From an uncultured Actinomycetes bacterium (GTDB taxonomy: Bacteria > Actinomycetota > UBA4738 > JBBDTT01): a stretch of DNA of 64,000 bases. Of this stretch, positions 62,306 to 64,000 are shown piece by piece. The stretch spans positions 736,001-800,000 of the forward strand of contig CAVUMN010000003.1 in NCBI GenBank assembly GCA_963742735.1. The letters run 5' to 3'. A model generated the notes under the pieces. That model saw only the letters and a list, made by a program, of their open reading frames with translations, was not told where the DNA came from and made no database searches. Numbering within the stretch: the stretch's first letter is position 1; the number at the start of each line of letters is the position of its first letter. Both the position numbers and the translations under genes were made by a program.

Positions 62306-63628
62306 TCAGAAGGAGCTCTTGAAGGCCTCGATGGTCTCGTGGTGCCCGTTGTCGCCGGTGCAGACAACCTGCAGCACGTGGACCTGCTTGGCGCCGAACC
62401 GGTTCTCGGGCGTGTACTGGATGTCGGGGTACACCCCCGAGTGCAGACGCGCGGTCTCGGCCGTGGCGATGAACGACTCGCGGCTGATGCTCGGCCCGGT
62501 CATGTCGAACAGCTGGTGCAGGCTCTTCGCCACCCCCCACAGCAGGAACATGATGTCGTCGGTGCCCCCGGCATTCCGGAACGCCGGGTCGTACTTGTCG
62601 CTGTCGAAGAACGCCGGGGCCGGCGAGAAGAACACCGCGTTGTCGACCGAGCCGCTCGCCCGGCAGCCGGTCGAGGCCACCGTGTCCAGGCCCATGGTCA
62701 CCCCGACGCCCGCGTACTGCGGGCGGCACTGCGAGGCGGCGGCCATCTCCAGGAAGTACGTCGGCGCCACCAGCGGGTACACCACGTCGAAGTTCTTCAC
62801 GCTGCCGGTGCACAGGTTGCCGGCCATGCTGCCGCCGCGCTCGTTCTTCTCAGGACGGAACACCCGGACGCCGGGGAACGCCTGGGTGAACGAGCTCACG
62901 GCGTCGTCGAAGTTCGGGGTGTTCGTGGCGACCATCGCGATGTTCGAGCCGTCGGTCGTGTAGTGCTTCTTGATGTACTGCGCGAGGAGCGGACCCTGCT
63001 GCGCGTACGACATCGACAGGGCGAAGTAGTTCTCCAGTCCGCGGATGCCGATCTCGGTGACGCCGGCGGACAGGTACGGGACGCCCTTGCTGGCGGCGTA
63101 GCGCGCGCAGGACTGGATCTGGTCGGTGCCGCCGCCGCCGATGAGCAGGAACACCTTGTCCTGCTCGACCATCTTCTGGCAGACCTGCTTGGCGTGGGAC
63201 GGGTTGTACTGGTCGTCCTCGAAGACCGTGACGACGTTGCGGCCGAGGATCTTCTTGCCCTTCCAGTACAGGTCCTTGCCGGTGCGGAACGAGGTCGGGC
63301 TGATCGGAGCGGCGCCGGTGAGCGGCGCGTGGATCCCGATCTTGATCGTGGTCGAGGTGATGCCGGTGCGGTCCCCCGCGCCGGGCGGCGGCGCGACGGT
63401 CGGGCCTCCGTCGTCGTTCCCGTCGGGGCCGGTGGGATCGGTGGGGTTGTCGTTGTCGGGGTCGGTGGGGTCGCTAGGGTCGACGATGCCGTCCGGGTTC
63501 TCGCCGGTGAGGTCGGCGGGGATCTCGCCGGCGGCGACGGCGTCCTCGTGGACCCCGGCCTTCTGGCCGCAGGCCGCGGCGAGCAGGACGAAGGCGAACA
63601 CAGCGGCGAGCTTGCGCAAGTTGGTCAT
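62306..63628 (-). CDS. ABC transporter substrate-binding lipoprotein (LivJ-like fold) with Asp/Pro-rich linker
   Basis: LLAAAC lipobox, GITSTTIKIGIHAPLTG, EDDQYNP. Confidence 0.88.
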   Translation of the reverse strand: MTNLRKLAAVFAFVLLAAACGQKAGVHEDAVAAGEIPADLTGENPDGIVDPSDPTDPDNDNPTDPTGPDGNDDGGPTVAPPPGAGDRTGITSTTIKIGIHAPLTGAAPISPTSFRTGKDLYWKGKKILGRNVVTVFEDDQYNPSHAKQVCQKMVEQDKVFLLIGGGGTDQIQSCARYAASKGVPYLSAGVTEIGIRGLENYFALSMSYAQQGPLLAQYIKKHYTTDGSNIAMVATNTPNFDDAVSSFTQAFPGVRVFRPEKNERGGSMAGNLCTGSVKNFDVVYPLVAPTYFLEMAAASQCRPQYAGVGVTMGLDTVASTGCRASGSVDNAVFFSPAPAFFDSDKYDPAFRNAGGTDDIMFLLWGVAKSLHQLFDMTGPSISRESFIATAETARLHSGVYPDIQYTPENRFGAKQVHVLQVVCTGDNGHHETIEAFKSSF

Positions 63629-64000
63629 GAGGGCTTCCTCTTCAGTTTCGATTGGGCGTTGGCGAAGTCGGCCTTGATCGCCGCCCACAGGGCGACGAAC
63701 GGTGCGGCCAGGCGGGACGGGCGGGTGGCGTCGAGCGCGCCGGCGGTCCAGCCCCGGCGCTCGGCGTTGCGGGCCCGGATGGCGGCGATCACGCCGTCGG
63801 GGCGGGTGCTGGCGGCGGACTCGAGGATCACCGAGCGAACCCCGGAGAGCGCGACGAGCCCGACCGGCAGCAGCAGCCACACGTAGCCGGGCAGCTTCGG
63901 CTCGGCGGTGGAGACGGGGGCCTCACCGCCGTTCGTCCCGGGCTCCTCGACCGGCGGCGTGGGGTCCGGCGTCGCCACCGGGGTGTCGGGGGTGAAGTCC
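63625..64000 (-). CDS. C-terminal part of a hypothetical membrane-anchored protein (truncated by window)
   Basis: Frame open to the window edge; Pro/Thr linker then a TM segment; stop overlaps the ATG of the substrate-binding protein gene. Confidence 0.6.
   Translation of the reverse strand, partial: DFTPDTPVATPDPTPPVEEPGTNGGEAPVSTAEPKLPGYVWLLLPVGLVALSGVRSVILESAASTRPDGVIAAIRARNAERRGWTAGALDATRPSRLAAPFVALWAAIKADFANAQSKLKRKPS

Noticed and set aside
63400-63520. DP/DN-rich low-complexity repeat in the substrate-binding protein
   Set aside because: Ordinary flexible linker after a lipoprotein anchor

Overview
High-GC chromosome segment from a deep-branching actinobacterium. The assignment rests on mIHF, helicase-degenerate PriA, the 23S domain III insertion and actinobacterial synteny. 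It is mostly core genes: aroB/aroQ-peptidase-efp-nusB, a PyrR-attenuated pyr operon, mihF-gmk-rpoZ-coaBC-metK-priA-def-fmt-rsmB-rpe, a MoxR/DUF58/transglutaminase trio, an FMN-riboswitch rib operon, infC-rpmI-rplT-trmH-pheST, argF, polX-mpg, PBP1A, tyrS, one rRNA operon and a Liv-type ABC transporter. Highlights: (1) an 807-nt group I intron with a LAGLIDADG homing endonuclease inserted in the 23S peptidyl-transferase centre after U2500 (E. coli numbering); (2) a TrmH rRNA methyltransferase fused in frame to a HisKA plus degenerate HATPase module; (3) a TyrRS with both class I motifs altered (TLGW, KMSQS); (4) an ECF sigma/anti-sigma insert carrying a repeated, unnamed extracytoplasmic domain; (5) several apparent non-canonical start codons and many apparently leaderless genes. 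Two homopolymer frameshifts suggest long-read assembly errors. All calls come from reading the sequence by eye; no database searches were run.
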